Part shown: positions 52,001-63,800 of the stretch, one piece after another | How the letters are laid out: each line of letters opens with the position of its first letter | How positions within the stretch are numbered: the stretch's first letter is position 1 | Source of the DNA: Paragordius varius | Taxonomy: Eukaryota; Animalia; Nematomorpha | Assembly (NCBI GenBank): GCA_964247055.1 | Contig: OZ176054.1 | Span: forward strand, 4,092,001 to 4,156,000 | DNA length: 64,000 nt | Direction of reading: 5' to 3' | Program-made: the position numbers and the translations under genes | Notes under the pieces: model-generated | Told to the model about the DNA's origin: nothing | Databases searched by the model: none | The model's input: only the letters and a program-made list of their open reading frames with translations

Positions 52001-53087
52001 CTAAATAAATATAAAATTCCAATATTTGCAATTAATAAAATTGATAGTTCTGTAACAAATTTTTAAATAATTTTTAAATTTTGGGGAATAGTTAATTTAT
52101 TTGTGAATTTACAGTCTCTTTCGAATGCGGCACGTTTGATTTTTTCAGTTAAGCTCGCATCCGTGTTTTTATTATCTCACATATTTACGCGTTAAAATGA
52201 TTGATGATGATTTTACCATTTTATATATTGTGCAAAATAAACGTTTCAAGAAATTATTAAATTTTATTTAAAAATATATGCGACCTTATTAGAGATTAGC
52301 GGATTTTATCCATAATTTGGGGCCTAAAATGTTGAAACATTTTAAAAAAGTTTTTATTTAAATTATAACACTAATATAATTCATTTGCAACAACATTACT
52401 TCACTCAAAAACAACTCTTATTATTAACCTCTCAATTATGTAATTTCGACAGATTAATCCGAAGAAACTAAATATTGTTGTGGTGTTTATTTGATTTTTT
52501 TACGGATTAGTTTTCTTTTAAATACATTATAAACATCCAAATGAGTGCTAAAATAATGCAAAAATACCTATCATCACCTTCTCCCTCATAATGGGCTTTT
52601 TTTTATATGCAGAGCCCTTATAAATTAATTAGATTATGCACTTATCGATTATTAGTTAGGCCCTAATTTTAAGTTAAAATCATTAAATGTTGACACTCCT
52701 AACAGAATTATTCGTTTGCGGGTGTTATAAAACCCTCAAATGAGCCAAAAATAATAAAAGCAATTTAATTAATATATTAATTATTAATATATTATTAATT
52801 AATTCAATTAAAAATATATATATGTAAAAGGGTTGGAATGCCGATAATCACTAATGTATTTTTCCCACAAATCGGGTTCAGCGGGGTGTCAACTGTAATA
52901 TTAATATATTTTTTAGTCATTTAATATAATTCTTGAATGTAGAAAACGATCTCGCTCAAAGTCATCATCTCGCCGGCGTAAAAGATCATCTAGGACTCGT
53001 GATAAGTCTCCTTCGGCAGATCGCTCTTCTAGAAAACATAAACATCATCACAAACATTCTCATAAACACAAACACCATCATAAATGA
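46096..53087 (+). CDS. LUC7L: U1 snRNP-associated splicing factor LUC7-like; exons 46096-46156, 46181-46272, 46297-46395, 46418-46528, 46553-46696, 46723-46826, 50979-51182, 52943-53087
   Basis: Motifs MKAMLDELMGTQR, VCKNFLLNCCPHDILSGTRMDVGGCPKIH (ZnF1), KLRVCEVCSSYLGVHDNEKRLADHFGGKLHLGF (ZnF2), and an RS plus His/Lys tail ending in TGA. Introns measure 24, 24, 22, 24, 26, 4152 and 1760 nt. LUC7L versus LUC7L2 is not resolved. Confidence 0.94.
47248..50268 (-). CDS. RTE ORF: APE endonuclease + reverse transcriptase + PHD finger
   Basis: APE motifs GTWNVGTL, CLQETR, GGDFNGH, SQIDF, DTQHKL; RT motifs YRPLKLL, QFGFQ, IDLSRAFD, GLHQGSILSP, YADD; C4HC3 finger at 48039-47908; RTE C-terminus YASECW, YWGHIER, KRGRP. 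Confidence 0.96.
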   Translation of the reverse strand: MLPEKKSFNIKNNNFKFGTWNVGTLVGKAWMIINAIKEQKLDICCLQETRFKNGGNYQHEGFTLYYEGGKSGKSGVAIAINDQIKDNIIDITRHSDRIIQMRVALNNTTLNILSIYTPQQGQNETTKQEFWNQLYQIAQNVPTTDILLIGGDFNGHIGMHADGYEGIHGGVGIGSRNKEGETLLEFCSAANLLICNTHFCKKPSQIHTYKSGNHTSQIDFVLLNQQLRKIITNFKTYEYDTQHKLIVAFLIINKNRPSPKKLPQLNVAKLNDLKTKHQYINQITPELKHSPNNVHDGWEHLKNTLLSNVSKICGRKRTKTKSQWWWQSDIKPLLNEKRDAFKKWKASKHDDDKHFYIMVKKRVKKIIADKMNERCLEMAKKLEGEIKNLKVFKTLKNINNNKKDIRVVKAIKDKNNNTVTDTLSIQNVWTQYMQNTLNFQHSNVEIPNLPPVIGPPPIITAEDVSLAMQKCKINKASGPTEIKTEMYKNIPEAITYFTELFNLIIMEEKIPNDWNQSVIIPIYKNKGDMLNCASYRPLKLLEHATKLFEIIIEKKIRQLCSIDENQFGFQQGISTSDAIFILRRLQENYRCKNKTLYHIFIDLSRAFDCIPRSMITFALRKKEIPEWIIRIINLLYENTTSCVRTPVGDTNQFPVTVGLHQGSILSPLLFIIIMDVITDNIKTGLPFEMMYADDIILTATSETDIINKYNLWKSTLEKFGLKINTDKTKALITGSPVPVIKFPCSICHSEVKLNSIKCTKCQLWVHKKCSQIKGSLLGIENFICKACATPDINPNNPTQTTYLPTTNIEIVNKYNYLGDTIAADMNIKNAITTRTHQAWAKFHQLKYIMKHKHISNPNKGKIYTIAIRPALTYASECWPLNQTNENKLCDIERKILNSCLTNQYHNDKTNNNKSIHNLFHIAPMSSFLRANRLRYWGHIERSNSWINKIRSFHPNGNLKRGRPYHDWEKTLSNDLHLTQLNKDDCLDRKLFRSRIWKLAHAGQTTT
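50806..50864 (-). ncRNA. HDV-like (delta-like) self-cleaving ribozyme at the 5' end of the RTE
   Basis: Minus strand: GGGAUGC (P1) AAAGACCGA CUCCC (P2) ACC (P3) UCCUCGC (L3) GGG (P3') GCAUCCC (P1') GG (P1.1) GUAAC GCUAA (J4/2 with the catalytic C) C GGGAG (P2'). The core closely parallels the antigenomic HDV ribozyme, and G1 directly abuts the TSD. Confidence 0.9.
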
Positions 53088-55069
53088 TCATTTGCTGCTT
53101 TCATATGCTGACTCTGATCTATACTTTTATTTATGTTTGGGGGTTCGAACACATGTATGTATATTGTTATACCTATTATTAATATTTTGATTAATAAATT
53201 ATATGTATTGTATGTTACGCGTTATCTTATTATAATCGATATTTAGTTTTGTCAGCACTAAGTTACAAACAATTTTATTCTTGTAGAATGAATATTATCC
53301 ATTTTTCTACTCAAGATTGACCACTTAAAAAGGATCTTTTTGTAAGTATTTATATATTTGAATTTGTTTAAATTTTTTTATATCTTATGCCAATACTACA
53401 AGATTCGTGATAGAAATAAAATGGACTAAGTAATTTTATCATTACCTCATTTCAATGCTTTTTAACAGTTTATATAATATATTATATGCAAAGAAGATTT
53501 GAGTTTTTACAATTTGATCTTAGCTTCATAATATTATATTATGTTGTTTTTTTGATTGTTTGTGTCCATTTTTTTGAGACTTTCTTCTGGCGCATCTACA
53601 AGGCATTATTTTGGTATTTGGCTATGTGAATATGAGCTAGATTTCATAGATTTTATTTAAGGATAATGATAACTGGATAAATACAAATTTCAAGGCAAAC
53701 AAAAAATAGAGTTGATCGCTCAGCAATAACATGAGTGATATTCAATATCTTCAAGTTAACATAAAAGCCAGTAATTGGGGGCCTAAATAATGTTGAAGAA
53801 ATTATTAATACTAAAAAGTATTCCATTAAGACTGGATATCAGCTATTACCTTGACACAGCTATTTATTAAATAATGGCGTTGGGTGCTAATAATTAAAAT
53901 ACTTTTCTTATCTTTTTCATTTGTGGTTAAAAACCCTCCTCCAGCACCAAATCGAAAGAATTGATCAGTATTTTTCAAGAGATTTTCTCCGCATGGTGGC
54001 AATAATAAAAATGTATGTCGATTTTATGAGAAATGGAATGATTGCAAATTTTGTATAGTTTAATAGCTCCCATTCTCGCTACAGCGATTATTTTTATATT
54101 ATCCTTAGGTTAACGCCAAAAAAATCGTTTTTTCTATCTTACTGTTATTAATTAACGAATATAAGAAATCTTCGTAACTTTCATATTCTTAGGTAATCGG
54201 AGCCCTAGATCCCGCTAATTAAGATGAGTATCTAATAGGATCATTTACTATAATTATTTAAATTTATTTACAACGGAACTCCATTTTGGGAGTCAAAATA
54301 TATCTATTTCTTTCAATCCCTACTTTTGTTAGGATTGATTGACCAATTTTCACATTATGTCCTTTATGGGACTTGATTTCTATACAAAAAATATCAAACT
54401 TCTGTACACTTAATTGAGCTGACCGCTTTTTAATGGTAATATTATTTTTTTACCACCTAAAGCAGGAAAACTTCTAATTTTGGCCAAATATGGTAATATG
54501 AATGTATTTTTTCACGCCGAATTTGGCTTTGTATTCCGCATAGACCCCAGCACTTAAAGCATTACCAAAGTTAAAGCGAATTCTACCCGACTTTTACACA
54601 CTCTGTGAATGTTTTAAAAACTATTAATGAAGACTTTGGGTGGAGTGAATAAAGAGAAGGAAACACCGTTTCCCTAGCTTTTTAAAGAGATTCCTTAATT
54701 TGGAGTGAATAAAAAGCTAAGCAAACCCTAAAAAAATTAACATTAAAATTTTAAGGGAACACTTGTTTTCAAGTAAATAAAAATTTTTTTTAAAAGAAAC
54801 CCTACATATATTTTAGGATTCTAAAGACCATCCTTAAATATTTATAAATTTTATTGCAATCAATAGTGGAGGATCAAACAAGGCATTTAGAGCTAATTCG
54901 GTTTTGATATTGGATTCATTATAGTCCAAAAATTCATGCTTCAAAGTAATTTTTATGTATTTTAGATTTATCTAGTATATTTGGACTACAGGGTTTTACA
55001 ATTTATTTAAATGTTTCCTCGATCTTTGATAAGAAATATAAAACACGCAAGAGAATCAATATATCTGAA

Positions 55070-56021
55070 ATGAAACAAATTCTACGATTTAATAATGAAA
55101 CAATAAACTTTATGAAAAAATACTTTTTTCCAGATACCGATCAAAGAAGAGGAGGAGCCCTGAATCCGCGACAAAAATTAGAAATTTTTTTAAAATTTCT
55201 CGCAGATCCAGCGTATCAAATTACTGTTGGGCTCGTTTTTGGGGTGCACCGTACTACGGTTTGCAAAATTATTGATGAAGTATCCAATATTGTGACAAAA
55301 GCACATGAATGGATTAAATTTCCTAGCAATATGGAAGAAATTTCTCAAGCAAAAACACTATGGCAAAAACGATATAAGATGCCTGGTATAGTGGGAGCCA
55401 TAGACTGCACCCACTTTTATATTAACAAACCAAAAGGAAAATATAGTGAAGAGTACATAAATAGGAAACAAAGGTATTCTATCAATGTACAGGTAACCTG
55501 TGATGCAAATGAATATATCACTAGCTTAGATATAAATTCTCCCGGGAGCATGCATGACAGCCGGGTATTCAAACGCAGTATTCTTGGAAAATTTACAAAA
55601 AACTTTAAAGCTAAATCATCTTTGCTTGCAGATAGCGGCTATGCAATATCCCCCTGGCTTTTAACACCATTTATAAATCCAACTGGTCTATATGAAAAGA
55701 AATTTAATACAATTCACTCAAAAAGTAGGTGAGTTATTGAACGCATATTTGGCCAAATTAAGAAAAGATTTCCCATACTTGGTAATAAAATTCGAATTGC
55801 TTTTCCAAAATTATCTAAAGTCATATTATTTTGCGCAATTTTACACAATATATCAAAGCATTTTAATGACCAAATAGAAGAAATGAATCTGATATTGAGA
55901 CCGGTTAATCAGATGAAGATCAGTGTTTCCCTACCGAAGAAGAGAATTCTAGATCTAAACGATTAGGTATAAAAAGGCGTAATAAAATATTACGCTCGAT
56001 GATTGATGATGACCTCTTATA
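55070..56021 (+). pseudogene. Harbinger (HARBI1-like) DDE transposase with a nonsense mutation and a probable downstream frameshift
   Basis: Motifs GAIDCTH, PGSMHDSRVF, LLADSGY and HSKSR*VIERIFGQIKKRF (TGA at 55730-55732). The acidic tail continues in a shifted frame. Confidence 0.88.
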
Positions 56022-56089
56022 ATTTTTCAATTTTTTATTATAATTAATAACAATTTGTATATATAATCAAATCATAGAAATTACATAAA

Positions 56090-56893
56090 TAAATATTTAA
56101 CTATTTATTATTATTTAAATTATCATAATATAAAATCATTGATGACATTAGTTTCAACTCCTTGACCATCAGTAATCTTTGCAATTTTTCATTAGATAGG
56201 AAAATTGTTGATACATCCTCATCCTCCAACGCCTGGGGATGTTTTTGCCTTTTACCTTGAATCCTTTTACAATTATCTAAAATTTAATTTTAATATACCA
56301 TCCGAAACCTGACTTCGTTTTATCTTTCGTGTCTGACTAGTACATGGGGTATTATTATCGAGATCATCTGAATTTTATATAATAACAAATTGTAATGGAC
56401 GTATCATCCCAATCACCCTTGAAATCAAGCAACGATTATGTATCCTGACAACCGGCAGCTATTCTCGATAGCTGCGAGAATGGCATTAAATTTGTTTCTA
56501 TATATAAGCAAATCTATACCTTGGCACTCCCACAGAAATACCTCCGGGTATAGATGCAAAATGAGGATTCGATTGTCCTAATAAGGTCAGGAAAATCTCC
56601 TCCGATTCGGTCCTATCTTCAATAATTACGTTCCCTGTTATATTCAAATCATATTTTTTCTTTATCGAAGATTTCATATTATCAATCGCCTTTCTAATCT
56701 GTTCTATTTCATAATAGTTCTTGGTTTCGTCAACAAATCATTTTGTAGATTTTTATACGCTTCTTTTTTTGAACTACAATATACGGTACCATAGATTTGT
56801 TTAATACTATGGGATATCAAATTTAAATATAATTTACTTTTCAATAAGAACTATCAATTTTTCTTTAGGTATACTTACATTGGTTTTAGGCAT
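56090..56893 (-). pseudogene. Harbinger-associated Myb/SANT-like DNA-binding gene, decayed
   Basis: MPKTNVSIPKEKLIVLIEK|YPIVLNKSMVPYIVVQKKEAYKNL resembles the Harbinger Myb-like helix pattern; a short intron separates EK and YP; stops occur downstream. The 3' limit is approximate. Confidence 0.6.
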
Positions 56894-57242
56894 GGTTTAA
56901 GGAAAGTCGAGAGTTAATCAGATCTGTTTTTTATATGAATTATAAGGAAATCCTTTCTTTGAAAAAGTGAGCATAGGAAACACTTAAAGGGTTTCCTTTT
57001 TTATTCACTCCACCCCACATATATACAAAACAAAAATCGGTCAATTCCGAAATTTTTTGGTGATGGCATGGGAACGAAAAAATATTTTAAAATTTACGCG
57101 CCAATTGTGTAGTTGGAACCAATGGATTTATTATTTTCATTTCCCTCAAAAAAACATAAAATTAAATATATGACGTCGCAAACAATATTTCCTGAAAATT
57201 AGTCTCGAAAACACAGTATTTTTTAGTCGAATTCAAGACTAT

Positions 57243-60200
57243 GGGTGGACTGAATAAAAAGAAAACTCTTTAAGTGTTTTCTATTCTCACTTTTTCAAAG
57301 GAAAGGTTGCCATATAATTTAAATAAAAAACATTTGCCCTTGAAATATGTTAAACAAAAAAATGCCTAAAACTGATATAACTTAACCTAAGGAAAAATTA
57401 ACAACACTTCTAGTAAAGTAACTTAATAATATTTAATATTTTAGATATCCTATAGTTTTAAATAAATCTATGGTACCGTATATTGTAATTCAAAAAAAGA
57501 AGCCTATAAAAATCTCCAAAATGATCTTTTGACAGAAACAAATAAATATTATGAGATAGATTAGATTAGAAAGGCTATCGATAATATGAAAACTTCGATA
57601 AAAAAATATGATTTGAATATTACAGGGAACGTGGTTATTAAAAATCGGATCGAATCGGAGGAGATTTTCCTAAATTTATTAAGACAATCGAATCCGCATT
57701 TTGCCTCTATACCCGGAGGTATTTCTGTGGAGTGCCTCAAAAAGGTATAGATTTGCTAATATATAGAAACAAATTTAACGCCATTCTCGCAGCTATCGAG
57801 GATAGCTGCCGGTTGTCAGGATACATCATCGTTGCTTGATTTCGAGGGCGATTGGGATGATACGTCCATTACAAGTTGTAATTTTAAAAATTCAGATGAT
57901 CTCGATAATAATACCCCATGTACTAGTCAGACACGAAAGATAAAACGAGTCAGGTTTCGGATGGTATATTAAAATTAAATTTTAGTTAATTGTAAAAGGA
58001 TTCAAGGTAAAAGGCAAAAACATCCCCAGGCGTTGGAGGATGAGGATGTATCAACAATTTTCCTATCTAATGAAAAATTGCAAAGATTACTGATGGTCAA
58101 GGAGTTGAAACTAATATCATCCATGATTTTATTATGATAATTTAAATTATAAATAGTTTAATATTTATTTATGTAATTTCTCTGATTTGATTATATATAC
58201 AAATTGTTATTTGACAAAAATCACTTAATAAATTTAAAATATATGTGGGTTGCATAACATAATAAGATTCGTGAATCGTTAAAAAAATAAATATATACGA
58301 GTTAGGAAATGGCTTTATACATAATTATAATAAACAATTGCAAAAATTATAATAGTTCATAAGAGGTCATTATCAATCATCGAGCGCAATATTTTATTAC
58401 GCCTTTTTTACCTAATCTTTTGGATTTTGAATACTCTTCTTCGGTAGGCAAACACTGATCTTCATCTGATGAACCGGTCTCAATATCAGATTCATTTCTT
58501 CTATTTGGTCATTAAAATGCTTTGATAAATAATAATAATTACATTATATGATATCACTCTTTCGAGCGGTCATATCCGTAAACTATTTCGTTATAGAACC
58601 CTGTCTAAGGCGTCTTCGCGTTTTAGGGCGCCCTTTTCCCCTCTTGCCTTTTACAATATAATCATCAATCTTTTTACCAATGTAATTTTTATCTCTTCTT
58701 TCAACATGTCCAAACCATCTTAAACGATTTACCATCATTTTTTGCGTTACCGATTTGATTTCCGTACTTCCTCTTATGTAGACATTCTTAACCTTGTCAT
58801 TCCTCGTTATACCGCACATCAATCTAAGCATTCTCATTTCAGTAACCTCAAAGTGCCTCTCTTTTGATTTCTTTATTGCCCATGTCTGTGAGTTGTACAT
58901 CATTGTTGGTTGTACAACAGCACTGTAAATCTTACCCTTTACTTTTAGGTCAATATTTTTGTCGCACAAAACACTTGAGATCTTTTTATAATTTTCCTAA
59001 CTATTTCGAATTCTTAAATTAATATCAAGTGTTAAAGAACCATCAGCTGCTAATATCGCTCCTAAATATTTGCATTCCTCCTGACCTTTTAATACCCACC
59101 CTTCTTCTAATTCCATTTCTCGTTTTTCCCACCGAAATTTATAAGTTCCGTTTTCTTTTTGTTAACTTTTAATCCGCATCGTCGTAACACATCAATCCAT
59201 TTACCCACCGATTCTTTTAATTCATGCAACTCGTCGGACAGCACTATTAGGTCGTCTGCATAAAGAAAATACCAGCCATCATGTTGCCCTACTTCTTTTG
59301 AAATTTCGTCCATGCATATTATAAATAATAACGGGCTGATTGCAGACCCCTGATAGACCCCTTCGTTTATTTTAATAGGACCTGATATTCCCTGGTGTGT
59401 TTTAATTTTGGTTTGGTGTGATTCGTACATGCTTTTTAAGATCTTTATGTAACTTTCAGGGACCTTTTTCCGTCTTAAGCTCCACCATATTGTGCTCCGA
59501 GGTATTCTGTCAAATGCCTTTTCAATATCAATACAAATACCATGCAACTCCTTTTTCATTTCTATATGCTTCTCGATTAGCCTTCTTACTGCGTGAATTG
59601 GATAAATGGTGGATTTTCCTGGAATAAAACCAAATTGATTACCCTCTATACTAACCATTTTTCTTATTCTTTTCTTTAGTACTTTCTCAAATAACTTCAT
59701 TGTATGCGACATCAATCTTATCCCTCTGTAATTATTACAATCATTAATATCTCCTTTACCCTTGAAAATGGGAACAGTGAAACTCTCCTTCCATTCGGTT
59801 GGTATCATACCTGTAGTAACTACATTATTAAAAATATCCACTAAAACAATACCTTTCTCTGACAATATTTTCCAACAGTTTATGTTAATATCGTCTGGAC
59901 CTGCAGCCTTATTTATTGACATCTCTTCTAAACCAGCCTGGACTTCTTCTTTTGTTATACTTTCAATATGCGCAGATTTATAATCTGGTGTTTCGGGTAA
60001 ACTTGTTTCACTGACGCCCAATTCAAGGTCCTGGAAATATTCTTTCCACCTTTTCAATATTTTCGCTTCCTCAACGAGTAATTTGCCGTTTTTATCTTTA
60101 ATAGCTGTCGCGTAAGGGGGCAAGTCCAGCTTTCTTCTGTGTCTGTCGAGCAATTTTAAAAACTTTGTTTAAACCTTGCCTACTGTTTAACTCTTCTATA

Positions 60201-62260
60201 ATGATGCCATCTCTTTTTTGACCAATCTTACAAGCCTTTTAAGTTCCTTATTAATCCTTTTATATTTTTCCTTGTCTTCTGCTTGGTGGGTAAACCTCCA
60301 CATTTTAAAAGCTTGATTTTTCTCTCGCGATTTCAGAATTATTTTTTCGTCTTTCACCCATGCTTCTCTATAAACCTGGTTTCTGCCACCTTTCGTTCCG
60401 CACACCTTAACTCCCGCCTCTCTTATTTTTTTGCCACCTGAGAACAAACACTTTCTGGATCACTGTTCCTGTCTAGTATGCCTACCGTTTCTACGAATCT
60501 TTCTTTACTGTTTCTTAGAGAATCCCATTTAATTACCTTCGGCGCTATAAGCTTAGGCTTTTTGGCATTTATTGGTATATCTGTCATATATTTACACATA
60601 ATTATATTGTGTTGTGTGCTAATCTGCAAGTTAGGTATCACTTTGCAGTCCAAAACAAACTTTAAAGACTTTCGTGGCACTAGAATATAATCAATTTGTG
60701 ACTTCTTATTTCCACTTTCGTAGGTAATTAAGTGGCTATCCCTTCTTGTAAAAAAAAGTATTTGTTATAGCAAAGTTTTAAGATTGGGCAAATCTTAATA
60801 AACTAGCCCCTTCTTCATTTATAACCCCGTAACCTTTTCCGCCGTGCCAAGGCTCAAAACCTCTCCTATTTTGTCCCACGTGCCCGTTGAAATCACCACA
60901 AAATATAATTTCTCTGTCTTTCGTTAATGAAGTCATTTCTGCGTCTAACAAATCATAAAATTTATGTTTGGTTAAACCTATCTGGGGGGCATAAACGCTA
61001 AATATAGTAAAAACCCTCTTATTTAACAATAGGTCGACACTTATGATTCTACTGTCAGCACGTCTAACCTCAATTACTTGATTGGAAATCTTGGGCACAC
61101 TATTATGGCAACCCCACAGTAACCATCCGTAGAACCTGAATAAAACATTTTATAATTACCCTCTAACGTCTTAGTACCATTTCCACGGTATCTGGTCTCC
61201 TGAATGCACAAAAAATTTACTTTTTTTACCCTCATAGTTTCAACTAAATCATATAACTTACTTTTTAACGAACCAACATTTATACTGGCAAAACACATTC
61301 TACAACCTTCCTTATCCCTATCGGCCCCTACCTCCGTGCAGCGACTGGCCGGGTCTGGCCTGCACGCCTTACAAAAAACACTCATAAAAAACAAAAATAC
61401 AATAAAGAAGAATAATATAGATGAAAATAAACAATAAGATATATAGTAACTAATATGTAAAGCAACTAAAAAAGAATCAAAAATTTTAACCAAAAATATA
61501 ATAATAATAATAATCTAAAAAAGAATCAAAAATTTTAACCAAAAATATAATAATAATAATTAAAGAAAAAAAAATATATAAATATATATCAATTAATAAA
61601 AATGAAATAAAATAAGATACGAATCCTAAGAATTTCGAATTGGAATATTTTACTAAGGTAATTTCGTGCATTTTTTGAATGAATGAGAAAAACTGATAAA
61701 AGATAGAATAAACTTGGAAAATAAATAGATAACAATGATAATTATAGTGGTCGAACGCGCGCGCGTAAAGAATGTGTATTAAAATGCTTTGATATATTGT
61801 GTAAAATTGCGCAAGATAATATGACTTTAGATAATTTTGGAAGAGCAATTCGAATTTACTTACCAAGTATAGGAAATCTTTTCTTAATTTGGCCAAATAT
61901 GCATAACGCACCTACTTTTTGAGTGAATTGTATTAAACTTCTTTTCATATAGCCCAGTTGGATTTCTAAATGGTGTTAAAAGCCAGGGGGATATGCATAG
62001 CCGCTATCTGCAAGCAAAGATGCATTAGCTTTAAAGTTTTTAGTAAATTTTCCAAGAATACTGCGTCTGTATACTCGGCTGTCATTCCGAGAGAATTTAT
62101 ATCTAAGCTAGTGATATATTCATTTGCATCGCAGGTTACCTGTACATTGATAGAATACCTTTGTTTCCTATTTATGTACTCTTCACTATATTTCCTTTTG
62201 GTTTGTTAATATAAAAGTGGGTGCAGTCTATGCCCACTATACCAGGCATCTTGTATAAAT
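57243..62260 (-). mobile_element. Harbinger copy 2, inverted relative to copy 1, interrupted by an RTE and truncated
   Basis: Starts with TIR GGGTGGACTGAATAAAAAG. 57243-58527 is the diverged reverse complement of ~55850-57015. Transposase sequence resumes at 61778 and stops at ~62260. Confidence 0.85.
58528..61777 (-). mobile_element. Full-length RTE-clade LINE (family 3) with a frameshifted ORF, nested in the Harbinger copy 2 transposase
   Basis: 17-bp TSD ATTAAAATGCTTTGATA at 58511-58527 and 61778-61794; (TTA)n tail. ORF pieces carry ASINVGSL, CIQETR, CGDFNGH, TQHN, YRGIRLMSHTMK, IDIEKAFD, GVYQGSAISP, YADD and RWFGHVERR. Confidence 0.9.
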
Positions 62261-63800
62261 TTGCTTATATATAGAATCAATTTTATCGCCATTCTCGCAG
62301 CTATCAAGAATAGCTGCTGGTATTCAGTATACCTCTACATTGTCAGATTTAGAGGTGCGATTTGGATGATAGTGCTATTATATAAAATGAAGATGATCAA
62401 GATATTAATCCCAAGTACCAGTCAGACATAAAAGAAACACGAAGTCAATTTACGGATGGTATATTGAAATTAAATTTAAGATAATTGCAAAGGAATCAAG
62501 TCAAAACGCAAAAACATCCTTAGACATATGAGGATGAATCAACGATTTTTCGATCTAATGAAAATTGTAAAAAATGCTTACGTTGAGAGATTTTATTATC
62601 TTAACTATCCAATATATTAAATTTAAATAATAAATAGCTTAATATTTAATTTATGCATTTTGTCTGATTATAAATTAATAGTTGATTATATATATAAAAA
62701 TCTTTATTTAAAATTTTTGTGGCTTGCATAAGATAAGAAATGTCAATTGTTTAAAAATTAAATATATACAAGTTTCCAAATGGCCTTATACATCATAAAA
62801 AAATGTAAAAATTGTTGTAATAGTTTTAAGAGGTCATTATCAATCATCGTGCGTAAGATTTTATTTGGCCCTTTTTATTCCTATTCTTTTAGATCTTAAA
62901 TGCTCTTCTCCATTAGACAAACACTAATCTTCATCTCATGAACCGGTCTTAAGATCAGATTCATATATTTCTATTTTATCATTTCAATGCTTTGATATGT
63001 TGTATAAAATAGCACAAGATAATATCACTTTGGTTAATTTTGAAAGAGAAAGAATTTTATTACCAAGTATGGGAAATCTTTTCTCAATTTGGCCGAATAT
63101 GCGTTCAATCTACTTTTTGAGTGAATTATATTAAACTTCTTATTTTCACATACACCAGTGGGAATTCTAAATGGTGTTAAAAGCCAGGGGGATATTGCAT
63201 AGCCGCTATCTGCAAGCAAAGATACATTAACTTTAAAGTTTTTGGTTAGCTTTCCAAGCTACTCCATCTAAATATCCTGCTGTCATGCATACCGCACGAT
63301 TTTATATCCAGGCAAGTTATATATTCATTGGCATCGCAGGTCTAGACGTTTATAGAGAATACCTTTGTTTTCTTTTTATATACTCCTCACCAAATTGTCC
63401 TTTTGGTTTGTTTATATAAAAGTAAGTGCAGTTAATGGCTTCAACTATTTCAGGCATTTATATCTCTTTTGCCATATGCTTTTTGCTTGATAAATTTCTT
63501 GCATATTGCTAGGAAATTTGATCCATTCATGTGGGCTTTTGTCACAATTATATTGGATACTTCATCAATAATTTTGCAAACAGTTGTACGGTGCACCCCA
63601 AAAACTAGCCCAATAGTAATTTGATACCATGGATCTGCGAATTTTAAAAAAAATTCTAATTTTTGTCGCGGACTCAGGGCTCCCCCTTTTCTAATCAGGG
63701 AAAAGGTATTTTGTCAAATTTATTTTTTGATTATTAAATCGTCGAATTTGTTTCATTTCAGATATATTAATTCTTTGCGTGTTTTATATTTTTTGTTTCT
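62260..63800 (-). mobile_element. Harbinger copy 3, partial and more diverged
   Basis: Repeats the Myb-gene 3' part and then the whole transposase on the minus strand (LADSGYAISPWLLTPF at ~63219-63170), with indels. Confidence 0.8.

Larger units (their letters stand above)
54638..57015 (+). mobile_element. PIF/Harbinger DNA transposon, copy 1 (two convergent genes)
   Basis: TIRs GGGTGGAGTGAATAAA at 54638 and TTTATTCACTCCACCC ending at 57015; transposase on +, Myb/SANT-like gene on -. No clear 3-bp TSD was found. Confidence 0.85.

Noticed and set aside
53880-54600. Coding-like, slightly GC-richer stretches after LUC7
   Set aside because: All frames contain several stops and no family motif was recognised; a translated homology search would be needed.
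55730-55732. In-frame TGA as evidence for recoding or a variant genetic code
   Set aside because: Copy 2 has TGC at this codon, LUC7 and the intact RTE end in TGA, and Trp is encoded by TGG in the host genes.
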